Assembly: GCA_964612555.1 (NCBI GenBank)
Contig: CAZTBW010000008.1
Span: forward strand, 71,404 to 135,403
Origin: an uncultured Bdellovibrionales bacterium
GTDB lineage: Bacteria > Bdellovibrionota_C > UBA2361 > SZUA-149 > DAOLCO01
DNA: 64,000 nt
Direction: 5' to 3'
Numbering within the stretch: the first letter of the stretch is position 1; each line of letters starts with the position of its first letter. The notes beneath the pieces are model-generated. The model saw only the letters and a list, made by a program, of their open reading frames with translations. It ran no database searches and was not told the DNA's origin. This document shows positions 32,113 through 42,224 of the stretch, in pieces. Both the position numbers and the translations under genes were made by a program.

Positions 32113-33120
32113 ATGAAAAAATTTACCCTTACTGGTGTTGCCGGCTTTATCGCACCGAGACATCTAAAAGCAATTCAGGAAACAGGAAATGATCTTATTG
32201 CTGCCCTTGATCCTTTTGATTCAGTAGGTGTGCTGGACAGCTATTTTCCAAAAGCAGATTTTTTTACCGAATTTGAGCGCTTTGATCGACACCTTGAGCG
32301 CTTGCGAAGGAATAATAAGGGGGCGGACTATCTAAGTGTCTGCTCTCCTAATTATCTCCATGATGCCCACATTCGATTGGGGCTTCGCCTTGGGTGTGAT
32401 GTAATATGTGAAAAGCCGATAGTGCTGAACCCATGGAATATTCAGCCTCTTGAAGATCTTGAAAAAGAAACAGGGAAAAAAATATATAACATCTTACAAT
32501 TACGTCTTCACCCTTCAATCATAGAGCTTCGCAACAAAGTTCTATCAGATACAAGTAACAAAATTTTTGACATAGACCTTGCTTATATTACTTCTCGGGG
32601 AAAATGGTACCAATATAGCTGGAAGGGTAATATTGAAAAGTCAGGTGGAATTGCAACAAATATCGGGGTGCATTTTTTTGATGTACTGAACTGGATTTTT
32701 GGAAAACCCCTTAACTCAGAAGTGCATTTTATGAGCGACACCACGGGGGCTGGTTACCTTGAGCTGGAGCGTGCAAGGGTGCGGTGGTTTCTCAGTGTTG
32801 ACGAGAACAGTATTCCTGAAGCTTTAAGAGAAAAGGGAATCAGAACCTATAGATCGTTAAAAATTCAGGGTGAAGAGTTTGAATTCAGCAAAGGCTTTAC
32901 CGATCTCCATACTCAGGTGTACAGGCAAACCCTCGCAGGAAATGGATTCACCCTCAAGGACGCATATAATTCAATCGAGATGGTTCACCACATTAGAACA
33001 AGTAAACCAATAGGTCTGGTAGGCGATTATCATCCTATGCTTAGAGATGCGCTCGATATTAAGGAAGATGATTTGTCTGATTCAAGTCAGCTTCATGCTT
33101 CGCACGTTTTTGGGAAATAA
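32113..33120 (+). CDS. WbpB/WlbA-like UDP-N-acetyl-glucosaminuronate 3-dehydrogenase (Gfo/Idh/MocA family)
   Basis: MKKFTLTGVAGFIAPRHLKAIQETGN…SVCSPNYLHDAHIRLGLRLGCDVICEKP is near-collinear with WbpB-type enzymes. Confidence 0.75.
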   Translation: MKKFTLTGVAGFIAPRHLKAIQETGNDLIAALDPFDSVGVLDSYFPKADFFTEFERFDRHLERLRRNNKGADYLSVCSPNYLHDAHIRLGLRLGCDVICEKPIVLNPWNIQPLEDLEKETGKKIYNILQLRLHPSIIELRNKVLSDTSNKIFDIDLAYITSRGKWYQYSWKGNIEKSGGIATNIGVHFFDVLNWIFGKPLNSEVHFMSDTTGAGYLELERARVRWFLSVDENSIPEALREKGIRTYRSLKIQGEEFEFSKGFTDLHTQVYRQTLAGNGFTLKDAYNSIEMVHHIRTSKPIGLVGDYHPMLRDALDIKEDDLSDSSQLHASHVFGK

Positions 33121-33133
33121 AAACTTGCAGAAA

Positions 33134-34492
33134 TCAGGTAATGAGTTCTTTATACACTTCTCTATCCCAGTCAGTGTTAAGGGTGGTATGGTGCCAGAGA
33201 AGGGTGAAGTCACCATTGAATTTCTGACAGGTACGTTTTAGAGACATCATGTAGTCTCTTGCTTTATATGTTCTACCATATCCCATATAGTCGATTACAG
33301 AAGTTTCCATTAATACTAGAGGTCTCTCCATTAAATTCATGACCCTCCTTTGTTCAATATCAAATAATGGAAACTCATGACATATACCACATCTAAAACC
33401 GGCTTGGTCGGCAAAGCCTAAAGTCGAGTCATATTTGATTTCTGCTTCTTCCCACAATCTGGGTGTTTCAGGAAAAGACCATCTTAAATAATGTTGTCTA
33501 CCACCGCTAAAACAATCCAAAAGACCTTCTTTTTCAAGAACTCGTCTAAAAATCCCTACCGATTTTTTAAACAGTTCTGAGTTGTTGTAAGTATTATAGC
33601 CAGGATGAATTCCTATTTCATGCCCTCTGCTCGCAACTTCATGTAGTTGTTTAATTATTCGAGGATCATCAAATTGATAACATCCATCGTATTTAGGGTC
33701 TGTTTGAAGGGGTATATAATTGAAAGCAACTTTATTATTTACTCTTTCGTTAACATCCATAATCCATCTTATTCTGGAGTGGAAGATATCAAAATCTGGA
33801 TTTTGTCCTTTGTTTGTATAATTAACTAAAGGTTTATGAAGTGATATTAAATCACCATGTTTTGCAAGTTTTACTGTTTGTCTAAAAGATTTAAGGATTG
33901 ATTTTTGAGATAAGTCGTAAGGCCAATCTACATCGCAGCTTATAAGCTTACGAAAGGTACGAGATTTAAGTTGTACAGCAGGATCAATAAAACTAAAAAT
34001 TTGGCTAATACTATTTAAAATCTCATTTATAATAGGTCGCTCTAGCAAGTCTAATTTTTTAAGTAGCGAAGTAGCTGCTACTTTGCGACTATGTCTATCT
34101 TTTACATTAGAAACATTTCCTTTATCTTTTTCCTCAGAGAAAAAGAAATAGACCCAGGCTAGAGGATTAAATGGTAAAGTAAATTCAACTTGTTTAGATT
34201 CTTTTCCTTTATCTTTTTTGAACCCATCATTTCCCGATTGAGAATTTAACATGCTTAAGGGATTAGCAATAAAACTATTCATAAGCTGTAAGTCTTTATC
34301 TGGATTTGTATCAAAAAAGTCGTAAGATTGATTAATTATCAATCGGTTTCCACTTGATGTTGAAACGACTACATCTGTACTATTATTTTCATGTATGCAT
34401 ATTTCAGTTTTAAGAGAATTGGGAAGAAGTATGAGATCAAGTATATAGCAGAACTCAGGTGCTGTGCTTTGGTTTAGTTCTATTGTTAGCAT
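33134..34492 (-). CDS. Hypothetical protein; the polysaccharide-deacetylase-like assignment is a weak guess
   Basis: 452 aa. No TM helix. Region …GHEIGIHPGYNTYNN…RQHYLRWSF… is reminiscent of deacetylase/hydrolase barrels. The call rests mainly on the gene's place in the polysaccharide locus. Confidence 0.3.
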   Translation of the reverse strand: MLTIELNQSTAPEFCYILDLILLPNSLKTEICIHENNSTDVVVSTSSGNRLIINQSYDFFDTNPDKDLQLMNSFIANPLSMLNSQSGNDGFKKDKGKESKQVEFTLPFNPLAWVYFFFSEEKDKGNVSNVKDRHSRKVAATSLLKKLDLLERPIINEILNSISQIFSFIDPAVQLKSRTFRKLISCDVDWPYDLSQKSILKSFRQTVKLAKHGDLISLHKPLVNYTNKGQNPDFDIFHSRIRWIMDVNERVNNKVAFNYIPLQTDPKYDGCYQFDDPRIIKQLHEVASRGHEIGIHPGYNTYNNSELFKKSVGIFRRVLEKEGLLDCFSGGRQHYLRWSFPETPRLWEEAEIKYDSTLGFADQAGFRCGICHEFPLFDIEQRRVMNLMERPLVLMETSVIDYMGYGRTYKARDYMMSLKRTCQKFNGDFTLLWHHTTLNTDWDREVYKELIT

Positions 34493-34499
34493 CAGAGCT

Positions 34500-34991
34500 T
34501 TAGGATCTATATTTAAGTAATTTAGCGGGATTTCCAGCTACAATTGCATTTTGAGGAACATCTTTTACAACAACACTGCCTGCACCAATAACCGCTCCGT
34601 CACCAATTGAAACTCCTTTTAAGATGGTTACTGATGCACCAATCCACACATTGTTACCGATTTGAATAGGAGCACTAATATGATCTTGTAGTCTCATAAG
34701 TTTTTCCAGTGATGTTCCATGATCTCTACTCCAAATTACAGTTTTTGGACCAATCATTACATCATCTCCTATGGATATTTCCCCGAGGAGATGACATCCA
34801 ATGTTCAAATAGAAATTGTTTCCTATTGATATACTAGGCGCTCCTATTATGCGAGAATACGGTTCTAAGACAGCCTTACCTTTAAAATGAACACCTCGTA
34901 CCCAACAATACTCAGCTATGCAAACGTCTGAGTTTAGGTATTTGAGTTGTTGTAGCAGCCTTATTACCCCAGTTTTTATTTCTGAAAGCAT
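34500..34991 (-). CDS. Hexapeptide-repeat acetyltransferase (sugar O-acetyltransferase type)
   Basis: 163 aa of left-handed beta-helix repeats (…[31 protein letters not shown]…); overlaps the upstream gene by 16 bp. Confidence 0.7.
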   Translation of the reverse strand: MLSEIKTGVIRLLQQLKYLNSDVCIAEYCWVRGVHFKGKAVLEPYSRIIGAPSISIGNNFYLNIGCHLLGEISIGDDVMIGPKTVIWSRDHGTSLEKLMRLQDHISAPIQIGNNVWIGASVTILKGVSIGDGAVIGAGSVVVKDVPQNAIVAGNPAKLLKYRS

Positions 34992-36169
34992 ATATACCTT
35001 TTAAAAAATTTATTTATTGCGAGCAAGAAAAAATGCACTCCGTCAAAAATAGCAGGTAAGGGATCTCTCCAATTCCAAACTGCAAATGAAACATCTTTTA
35101 TGGGGAATAAATTTCCAGCAAAAGTTTTAAAATAATTTCTTTCTGTGATCAGATTAAGTAATTCATGTTTAAGGTAAACCAATTTAGTTGACCTATTCAG
35201 ATTTTGCCTCTGAGGAGGTGGAGTAATACCTTGTGCATCAAGGTACTGTGTATAGTGTAGAGTTACTCCAGATCTATTACCAAGACGATGCCACATCATG
35301 GATCGTAGATTTATTTCCATGAGTTTGTATTTACCATCTCTTGGATCAAACTTAAATTCGGGTTCATTAATGCCGAACAGATTTATTTCGTTTAATAGAG
35401 CTCGCCCATATGTAGCAATTATAGGAGGTGCGCTGTTTGTTGCAGTTGAAAAAACCCCAAAGTTTTTAGGATACTGAGATATTTTTTTTCCTACCCATTC
35501 ATTGACTATAATACCTTCTTTGTTTCGGTAAGCCACATATGCGTATATGTTATCATCATCTCCAGGGATGTAATCACTTACCATGAGGGATATTTGTTTT
35601 TGAAAGGCTCTCTTCAGAAGAGTTAAGTTCTCTTCATAGTCAGAATAGTTCGTTAAAAATATATTCCGAAAGACTTCGGTATCCTGATTTTCCCTTTTAG
35701 TTGGTTTTATCAATACGGGAAATGAGGAAGCGTTGATTGAATCTTCGACTTCGGCGATATTTCGTACAATGTAAGTACTGGGGGTAGGAATTCCTACTTT
35801 TCGTGCAGCGCAATACTGTTCTTCTTTGTCAAGTACACTAGGAATAGTGTCGGGGTTTAAAGGTATAAAAGAAAAACTTTTTATATCTTCATAAACATTT
35901 TTGAGTAGTTCTAATTGTATGTCATCGGTGGGGTAGATAACAAGATTTTTGGCTTTAGTCTTTTCTTTGATAATAGATAGCTGTGTAATTAAATCATTTT
36001 TCGTAAGATCTATAGCGGCTTTGTACGTTAGAAATCTGCTGTAAGAAGCAAGAGAAGGCTCTTTATAGTGCAGTAAAGAAATAGTACGTACTCCGCATTC
36101 ATGCAGCTCTCGTATGATACCATAGGCATTTACGTACCCGCCTAATACTACGGCGTTGTATTCGTCCAT
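34976..36169 (-). CDS. ATP-grasp domain protein (carboxylate-amine ligase)
   Basis: 397 aa; …[14 protein letters not shown]… and …[11 protein letters not shown]… resemble ATP-grasp B/C-loop motifs. Confidence 0.55.
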   Translation of the reverse strand: MDEYNAVVLGGYVNAYGIIRELHECGVRTISLLHYKEPSLASYSRFLTYKAAIDLTKNDLITQLSIIKEKTKAKNLVIYPTDDIQLELLKNVYEDIKSFSFIPLNPDTIPSVLDKEEQYCAARKVGIPTPSTYIVRNIAEVEDSINASSFPVLIKPTKRENQDTEVFRNIFLTNYSDYEENLTLLKRAFQKQISLMVSDYIPGDDDNIYAYVAYRNKEGIIVNEWVGKKISQYPKNFGVFSTATNSAPPIIATYGRALLNEINLFGINEPEFKFDPRDGKYKLMEINLRSMMWHRLGNRSGVTLHYTQYLDAQGITPPPQRQNLNRSTKLVYLKHELLNLITERNYFKTFAGNLFPIKDVSFAVWNWRDPLPAIFDGVHFFLLAINKFFKRYICFQK

Positions 36170-36259
36170 AAGAGTTTTCTTTGAATTATCCGGAGTACTT
36201 TTTTAATAGAAGCTTTCAACCCAATATCATAATAGAAAAAAATAAAATTTTGTAGAGGT

Positions 36260-38128
36260 TTATAATTTTTTTTCAAAAAAATTATAATACCATATAGCAA
36301 GACTTAAAAGTCGTTTTGTTGATTTGCTATAAATTTCATTCTTAAGTTCTTTTTCAATAATATTTTTTGTATCTAGCGATTTTAGAAATTTACTTTTTGA
36401 AATAGTATGCCAAAACCACTTTTTTAATGGCCCATTAAACCAGAAATCGTCTGGCATTGGCCAACCCATTTTATCTTTTCTCCAACAAATTTTTTCAGGG
36501 AGTTTCTCAGAAAAAGCAATTCTTGCAAAAAATTTTGTCCAACCATTATGTAGTTTGTAACAGGCGGGAATATTAGCCGTAAATTCAACAAGACGATAAT
36601 CCATAAAAGGCATTCTAGATTCCAAAGAAAATAACATAGCCCGACTATCAGAGTAGTGAATTAGATTAATCAATCCCGTAAATGTCTCTTCTTTAAGTAT
36701 TTCATTAAGAGGTTTGAAGATAACCTTTGCATGTCGTGGCATAAAGAAGGAGACTATTTTTTTTGTTAGGTTTTTACCAAAAATATATTTTGATAAATTA
36801 AATTTAAGACCGAGAAATATAAATTTATATGCACCTGGGATTCTAAAAAAACCGAAAGATTCAATTATTGCTCTATTTAGTGGCAAGCTAGCAAGATAAT
36901 AAATGAGATGATGCAAGTAACCTGCTTGTTGTTCATCAGCCCCCTGACCATCTAAAGTAACGGTTACGCTCGAGCTTGAAACTAAGCTGTACGTAAAATA
37001 GCTTCCCATACCAGTACCGTCAATAGGGTTTTCATTAGCATTGATAATGTATTCACAATATTTGGGTATTTCATCAGTACTTGGCTGTATTCTTCTAGAA
37101 TCTATATCTAGTAACTTTGAGAGAATATCAATGTAGTCACTTTCGTCACAGTATGAGGTTTCAGGAGTTCTGTGTACAGAAGAGAAAGTGAGTTGTTGTT
37201 CTGTTTTACCAATTTTCTTTAGTTCTTGATTTATCAAATAGACTATTGAAGAACTATCCAGTCCACCACTTAAAGCCGAACCCACAGGCACATCTGATCT
37301 CAATCTAATACGAACAGCATCTGAAAGTAAGTCATAATAATCCTTAGCAATTTTTTTAGCTTTTTCTGGATTAAAAGGTTCATCAGATGTATTGACTGCG
37401 TAGTCCCAGAATCGCTCTTCCTTAAATTCTGAAAAAAGGGATTGTGTTGAACCATACCAATAACTTGAGAAATCAAAGCGAAAGACATCACTAAAGGCAG
37501 TTTCCTTTTGATATTCGAGGCATCCGTATTCTATAAAGTCGTTACAGTACTTTAAGTTAGGAGAAGTGTTAACTTTTGGATGTGCAATAATTGCTTTGAT
37601 TTCACTAGCGAAAAGAGTTAATCCTGGTTTTTGATAATAGTATAGTGGTTTTACTCCAAATCGGTCACGTGATATAAAAATAGTATTGGTGTTTACATCG
37701 AAAATTATAAAAGCCCACATTCCATTAAAGCGGTTAAGACATTCCCTTCCCCATTGATCATAGGCGGCTAAAATAACTTCGGTGTCAGTATAAGATTTAA
37801 AATCATGACCAAGATTTACTAATTCATCTCTTAGCTCAAGATAATTGTATACTTCGCCGTTATAAACAATCCAGTATCTTTCTTTATAGTTCATTGGTTG
37901 ATGTCCAGCGTCACTTAAATCAATAATTGAAAGTCTTCTATGGGCAAAACCAATGTTGTAGTCCGAATCAATTAAGTTAATTTTTGAATTGGAGATTTCA
38001 CCACTATAACTACCTGCAACAAGATATCCTTCTCCATCAGGACCACGGTGAAATATTTTATCATTCATTTGTTTTAATGTGGGCAAATGAATAGGTTCGT
38101 CAGAAAATTCAGCAATTATACCACACAT
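36260..38128 (-). CDS. asnB: Asparagine synthase (glutamine-hydrolysing) family amidotransferase
   Basis: 622 aa; N-terminal MCGI (Ntn Cys2); PP-loop SGGLDSS. Confidence 0.85.
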   Translation of the reverse strand: MCGIIAEFSDEPIHLPTLKQMNDKIFHRGPDGEGYLVAGSYSGEISNSKINLIDSDYNIGFAHRRLSIIDLSDAGHQPMNYKERYWIVYNGEVYNYLELRDELVNLGHDFKSYTDTEVILAAYDQWGRECLNRFNGMWAFIIFDVNTNTIFISRDRFGVKPLYYYQKPGLTLFASEIKAIIAHPKVNTSPNLKYCNDFIEYGCLEYQKETAFSDVFRFDFSSYWYGSTQSLFSEFKEERFWDYAVNTSDEPFNPEKAKKIAKDYYDLLSDAVRIRLRSDVPVGSALSGGLDSSSIVYLINQELKKIGKTEQQLTFSSVHRTPETSYCDESDYIDILSKLLDIDSRRIQPSTDEIPKYCEYIINANENPIDGTGMGSYFTYSLVSSSSVTVTLDGQGADEQQAGYLHHLIYYLASLPLNRAIIESFGFFRIPGAYKFIFLGLKFNLSKYIFGKNLTKKIVSFFMPRHAKVIFKPLNEILKEETFTGLINLIHYSDSRAMLFSLESRMPFMDYRLVEFTANIPACYKLHNGWTKFFARIAFSEKLPEKICWRKDKMGWPMPDDFWFNGPLKKWFWHTISKSKFLKSLDTKNIIEKELKNEIYSKSTKRLLSLAIWYYNFFEKKL

Positions 38129-38131
38129 GTT

Positions 38132-39373
38132 TTAGTTCTTTAATAACTTATGCATAATTAGAAAATATAGCGAGTAAAGGATAAGTTCATTAACCATAAA
38201 AATCAAAAGAAAATATTTCAAGTTAAATTTAGATCCTACAACACAGACTAGTATAGTAGATAAGAAATATAATAGTTTCCAAACAGAGCTGACTTTTACT
38301 TTATTTAAGACACCGAATATTACGCTTAATGGAGAAATAGTAAATCTCATAAAAAATGCAATAGACATTATTTGAGCAAATATTCCTGCATCTAACCAGT
38401 TTTCACCAAAAATCCATGAGAATAAATGACCTCCTGCCAGAAGTAGAGGAGAAAAAAGTATAATACCCACAACAGTAAGAGTTTTAAAAACCCATAGGAA
38501 AAGTTTTCTTGCCTCTTCTCTGTTTTCGTAGATCAGTACTGATATTCGTTGATAGAATACCTGTCCAATAGCAAAGCTGATAACTGCTATTGGCGCAGAT
38601 AGAACTCTGGTAGTTAAACCGAAGTTACCTACGTCCTTAAGCGGGTATTGAGCATTAATAAAGAATAAGGGTAGGTGCAGAGTCAATGTATCAAGAAGAG
38701 CCGCTCCTGCCGCATATAACGGGAACTCTCGATATCTACGTGCAAGAACAATAATACGTGGGATGTTAGGAAAAAAGGATAAAGATTTCGACTTAAGAGA
38801 AACTAAAACTATACCCAGTAATAGCGCCAGAAGAAGCCCAAGTGAGTAACCCCATATTAGACCTCCCACGAATAATACGGTGAAACTTAAGAATATTTGA
38901 AACAGTGCAGAAGCAGCATTTTGTATTATTTTTATTGCGACGAATCCTTTATAGAAAACAATTCGGTTTAGCCAGTTTAAGATCACTTGGAGGCTTAAGA
39001 GCCCAAGTGCTATAATAGGAACGGCAGGAAGATATGGAGAAAAAAAACCCATGTGTGAAATACTGGAAATGGTATCCCCGAACAGATTCACAATAAAAAA
39101 TAAAATACTGCTGATAGTAATAGCAAGCAGGATAGTCAGTGTGAATAGCTGCGAGGCATGGGAGTGTAACTTCGGAAGCATGATGGCAGATTCATAACGT
39201 CCTCCCAGAATAACAGAGAGTGTGCCAGACAAGGCGATAAGAATAGAAAAGTGTGCAAACTGTTCTGGTTGATAAAGGCGCGTCATTACTGGACTGAAGG
39301 CAAGTGGAATTAACTGTGCCAGCACAGTACCACTCATTACTAGAGAAAGACTTATTTTAAACTTGCGATCCAT
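38132..39373 (-). CDS. wzx: Wzx-type oligosaccharide flippase (polysaccharide biosynthesis/MOP family)
   Basis: 413 aa, ~12 predicted TM helices; N-terminus typical of O-antigen flippases. Confidence 0.65.
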   Translation of the reverse strand: MDRKFKISLSLVMSGTVLAQLIPLAFSPVMTRLYQPEQFAHFSILIALSGTLSVILGGRYESAIMLPKLHSHASQLFTLTILLAITISSILFFIVNLFGDTISSISHMGFFSPYLPAVPIIALGLLSLQVILNWLNRIVFYKGFVAIKIIQNAASALFQIFLSFTVLFVGGLIWGYSLGLLLALLLGIVLVSLKSKSLSFFPNIPRIIVLARRYREFPLYAAGAALLDTLTLHLPLFFINAQYPLKDVGNFGLTTRVLSAPIAVISFAIGQVFYQRISVLIYENREEARKLFLWVFKTLTVVGIILFSPLLLAGGHLFSWIFGENWLDAGIFAQIMSIAFFMRFTISPLSVIFGVLNKVKVSSVWKLLYFLSTILVCVVGSKFNLKYFLLIFMVNELILYSLYFLIMHKLLKN

Positions 39374-39593
39374 CTTTGATTGAAAAAGCAGAGATTAAAT
39401 TGGTTACGGGAATTCCGCTGACCCTACAAGATTTATTACAGGAGGTTATCTTACATTTAATACTCAAGAAAGACAGATATGTAAGAAAAACAGGAAAACC
39501 TCAGCAGCCCAGCTTTCTTGACATCTTGAGCCAGCCCCTATATTTTTCATTTGCTTTCCGTCTGCTTTATTATACCAGCCCTTTCAGACCAGT

Positions 39594-40886
39594 ATGTTTA
39601 CGCTGAATACATGTATCCCTGCCTTACTATCTTATACCTGGTTTATACTTCTTTGTTATAGCTATCATTTTTTTGTAACCCCTATTTTTTTTCATGAGGG
39701 ATTTGGTAGTATAATTTTGGAGTCAAAAATTCTTGAAGCGTCAATTATCATTCTTTTTTTAAGCTTTATGCTAGGTCGCAAAGTCGACCGTCCTTCAAGA
39801 GCAATTATCCAGGTTGTTTTTTATACGAGCATGATCCCCCTTCTGTCTTACTATTGTATGGCTGATGCTGAAACTGAATATCTGTACCTCATGGTTTTCC
39901 AGTTTGTTTTGGTATTCATTTTTTCGCAGATTCATTTTCCTTCATCGGAACGCTTCTTTAAACCGATTGCAGGAGGGCAGCGTATCGCCCTTTATATTTG
40001 TTACTTTTTTGTAATTTTAGTACTGGGAAGGTTTCTTATATTTGGAGGATTAAGTGCTTTAAATTTAGATCTGATGTTAGTGTATGATTTTCGAGAAGAG
40101 GCAGAAGAGGCTTATTCCTCAGGACTTGCGGCATACTATGTTTCCTGGACGCTAAAGGTATTCAATATAATACTTATCATCGATGCAATATATAGAAAAA
40201 GTATTTTAAGGATAATAATTTTTTCATTTATCCAGATACTATTTTTTGGATTTTCTGCTCATAAAGCAATTCTTTTTTACCCTTTAGTTGTGCTTGGAAG
40301 CTATCTGGTATTCAAGTTAAATAAGCCACTTTATGCGATATTTTTTGCTCTTAGTACTGTTATTTTGTTATCCCTATCGTACTACTATTACACTGGTAAT
40401 ATTGTACTTGGCAGCCTCTTTATTCGTCGTACGTTCTTTACACCAGTTTTTCTGAATTTTTTCTATTATGATTTTTTTAAGGAGCATGAATTAGTATACT
40501 GGTCCAATAGTATCTTTAGCTTTTTTTTGACGTATCCTTATGATCTTCCTACAGCCTTTCTTATTGGGGCTGAGCTTGGAAGTAAGGAGCTAGGTGCCAA
40601 TACGGGGATATTAGCAACTTCCTATATGCACTTTGGCTATTTTGGTATTTTTCTCTTTCCACTTATAGTTGCATTTTTATTTCGTTTACTTGATTCTATG
40701 CATAGAACCATGCCACTTTGGCTTTTAACTGGTGTTACCATTATCCCTTTTACTACTTTGTACCGAAGTACAGATTTATTGACTGGGATTATGACGCATG
40801 GTTTAGGAGTTGCTCTCCTGATGTTATGGTTGTTAAATTCAGAAAGAGATTGGTATGATAACTTTACTGGAGTATGGAGCCGGTAA
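39594..40886 (+). CDS. Wzy-like O-antigen/oligosaccharide repeat-unit polymerase (polytopic membrane protein)
   Basis: 430 aa, >10 hydrophobic segments with one larger loop; divergent from wzx; no other candidate polymerase in the locus. The start is uncertain. Confidence 0.45.
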   Translation: MFTLNTCIPALLSYTWFILLCYSYHFFVTPIFFHEGFGSIILESKILEASIIILFLSFMLGRKVDRPSRAIIQVVFYTSMIPLLSYYCMADAETEYLYLMVFQFVLVFIFSQIHFPSSERFFKPIAGGQRIALYICYFFVILVLGRFLIFGGLSALNLDLMLVYDFREEAEEAYSSGLAAYYVSWTLKVFNIILIIDAIYRKSILRIIIFSFIQILFFGFSAHKAILFYPLVVLGSYLVFKLNKPLYAIFFALSTVILLSLSYYYYTGNIVLGSLFIRRTFFTPVFLNFFYYDFFKEHELVYWSNSIFSFFLTYPYDLPTAFLIGAELGSKELGANTGILATSYMHFGYFGIFLFPLIVAFLFRLLDSMHRTMPLWLLTGVTIIPFTTLYRSTDLLTGIMTHGLGVALLMLWLLNSERDWYDNFTGVWSR

Positions 40887-41469
40887 TCTTGGTTCTATAC
40901 AAAATATGATTAGTCGATTGGGGGGAGAAGGTCTCATTTCCAAACGTCCAGAAGACGTCCAATCTGCTTCAAAGATTATTCTTCCTGGCGTTGGTCATTT
41001 TGATTATGGAATGGAGAATCTTAATAAGTCAGGAGTTTTGTCAGTGCTGCTTGAGGCAGTAATGGGTAGAAAAGTGCCCGTATTGGGAATATGTCTTGGG
41101 GCACAGCTCATGGGTATGTCCTCAGAGGAGGGAAATTCAAGTGGTCTTGGATGGTTTAATGCTCGGGCAGTTAAATTATCATCTCGTCCAGGGACAACAG
41201 GAGCCCGAGTACCTCATATGGGCTGGAATACTGTTCAATCAGTAAAATCTAATCCTTTAACTAATGGATTTTTTCCTGATTCGAGGTTTTATTTTGCTCA
41301 TTCCTACTGTTTTTCAGAAGCTAATGAAGAAGACATAATGTTTAGAACTGAGTACGATGGCAGTTTTATTTCAGGATTGCATCGTGACAATATTTTTGCC
41401 GTGCAGTTTCATCCAGAAAAAAGTCATAAATTCGGGCTTAAATTATTGGAAAATTTTCTTCAGTTATGA
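40855..41469 (+). CDS. HisH-like glutamine amidotransferase (WbuY/HisH2-type) of the sugar-amidination trio
   Basis: 204 aa class-I GATase: …GAGNLGSI…ILPGVGHF…GICLGAQLM…FHPEKS…. Confidence 0.8.
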   Translation: MITLLEYGAGNLGSIQNMISRLGGEGLISKRPEDVQSASKIILPGVGHFDYGMENLNKSGVLSVLLEAVMGRKVPVLGICLGAQLMGMSSEEGNSSGLGWFNARAVKLSSRPGTTGARVPHMGWNTVQSVKSNPLTNGFFPDSRFYFAHSYCFSEANEEDIMFRTEYDGSFISGLHRDNIFAVQFHPEKSHKFGLKLLENFLQL

Positions 41470-42224
41470 ATTTACCAAGAGTTATTCCCATTCTTTTGTT
41501 GAAAGATAAAGGAGTTGTAAAAACGCGCTCTTTTAAAAAACCTGTATATATTGGTGATCCTGTCAATGCAGTTCGTATATTTAATGAAAAAGAGGTAGAC
41601 GAACTTTTGCTCCTTGATATTACTGCTACTCTGGAAAAAAGAGAACCTTGGTACGATTGGATCAGGGATATTGTCAGTGAGAGTTTTATGCCTGTAGCTT
41701 ATGGAGGAGGTATCCGTAGTCTTGATTCAGCAAAAAAATTATTTGATAACGGGCTTGAGAAGATAGTATTGAATTCTTACGCAAGCGAGCCTCACCTTAT
41801 AGAGAGCCTTGCATCAGTATATGGTAGTCAGAGTATTCTTGCTTGTGTAGATGTTAAAAAATCTCTGCTCGGGAAATACTCCGTGTTTACCTATGCGGGT
41901 ACTAAAAATACAGGTATAACACCTGTGGATTATACAAGAGAGTTAGTCAACAGAGGAGTTGGTGAAATAATCATACAATCAATTGATAAAGAAGGAAGAA
42001 TGGAGGGACTTGATCTGGATATTATTAGACAAGTAGCTGAGGCAGTAGATGTGCCTGTGGTAGCCTCGGGAGGAGTAGGTTCTTTGGAAGATATTTCTGA
42101 TGGTATAAAAAAAGGTGGCGCAAGTGGTATAGCTGCTGGGAGTTTTTGTGTGTTTAAAGGAAAGAGTAAAGGGATTCTCATCAACTATCCTCCTAGAATT
42201 ACTTTGGAGAAGATATTTGCATGA
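41466..42224 (+). CDS. HisF-like cyclase/synthase subunit (WbuZ/HisF2-type)
   Basis: 252 aa TIM-barrel HisF homologue (…IPILLLKDKGVVKT…ASGGVGS…); ATGA overlap with the hisH-like gene. Confidence 0.8.
   Translation: MNLPRVIPILLLKDKGVVKTRSFKKPVYIGDPVNAVRIFNEKEVDELLLLDITATLEKREPWYDWIRDIVSESFMPVAYGGGIRSLDSAKKLFDNGLEKIVLNSYASEPHLIESLASVYGSQSILACVDVKKSLLGKYSVFTYAGTKNTGITPVDYTRELVNRGVGEIIIQSIDKEGRMEGLDLDIIRQVAEAVDVPVVASGGVGSLEDISDGIKKGGASGIAAGSFCVFKGKSKGILINYPPRITLEKIFA

Noticed and set aside
39376-39606. 76-aa ORF in the wzx/wzy divergent intergenic region.
   Set aside because: It lies in a promoter region between divergent genes, has no homology signal, and its end overlaps the wzy start.
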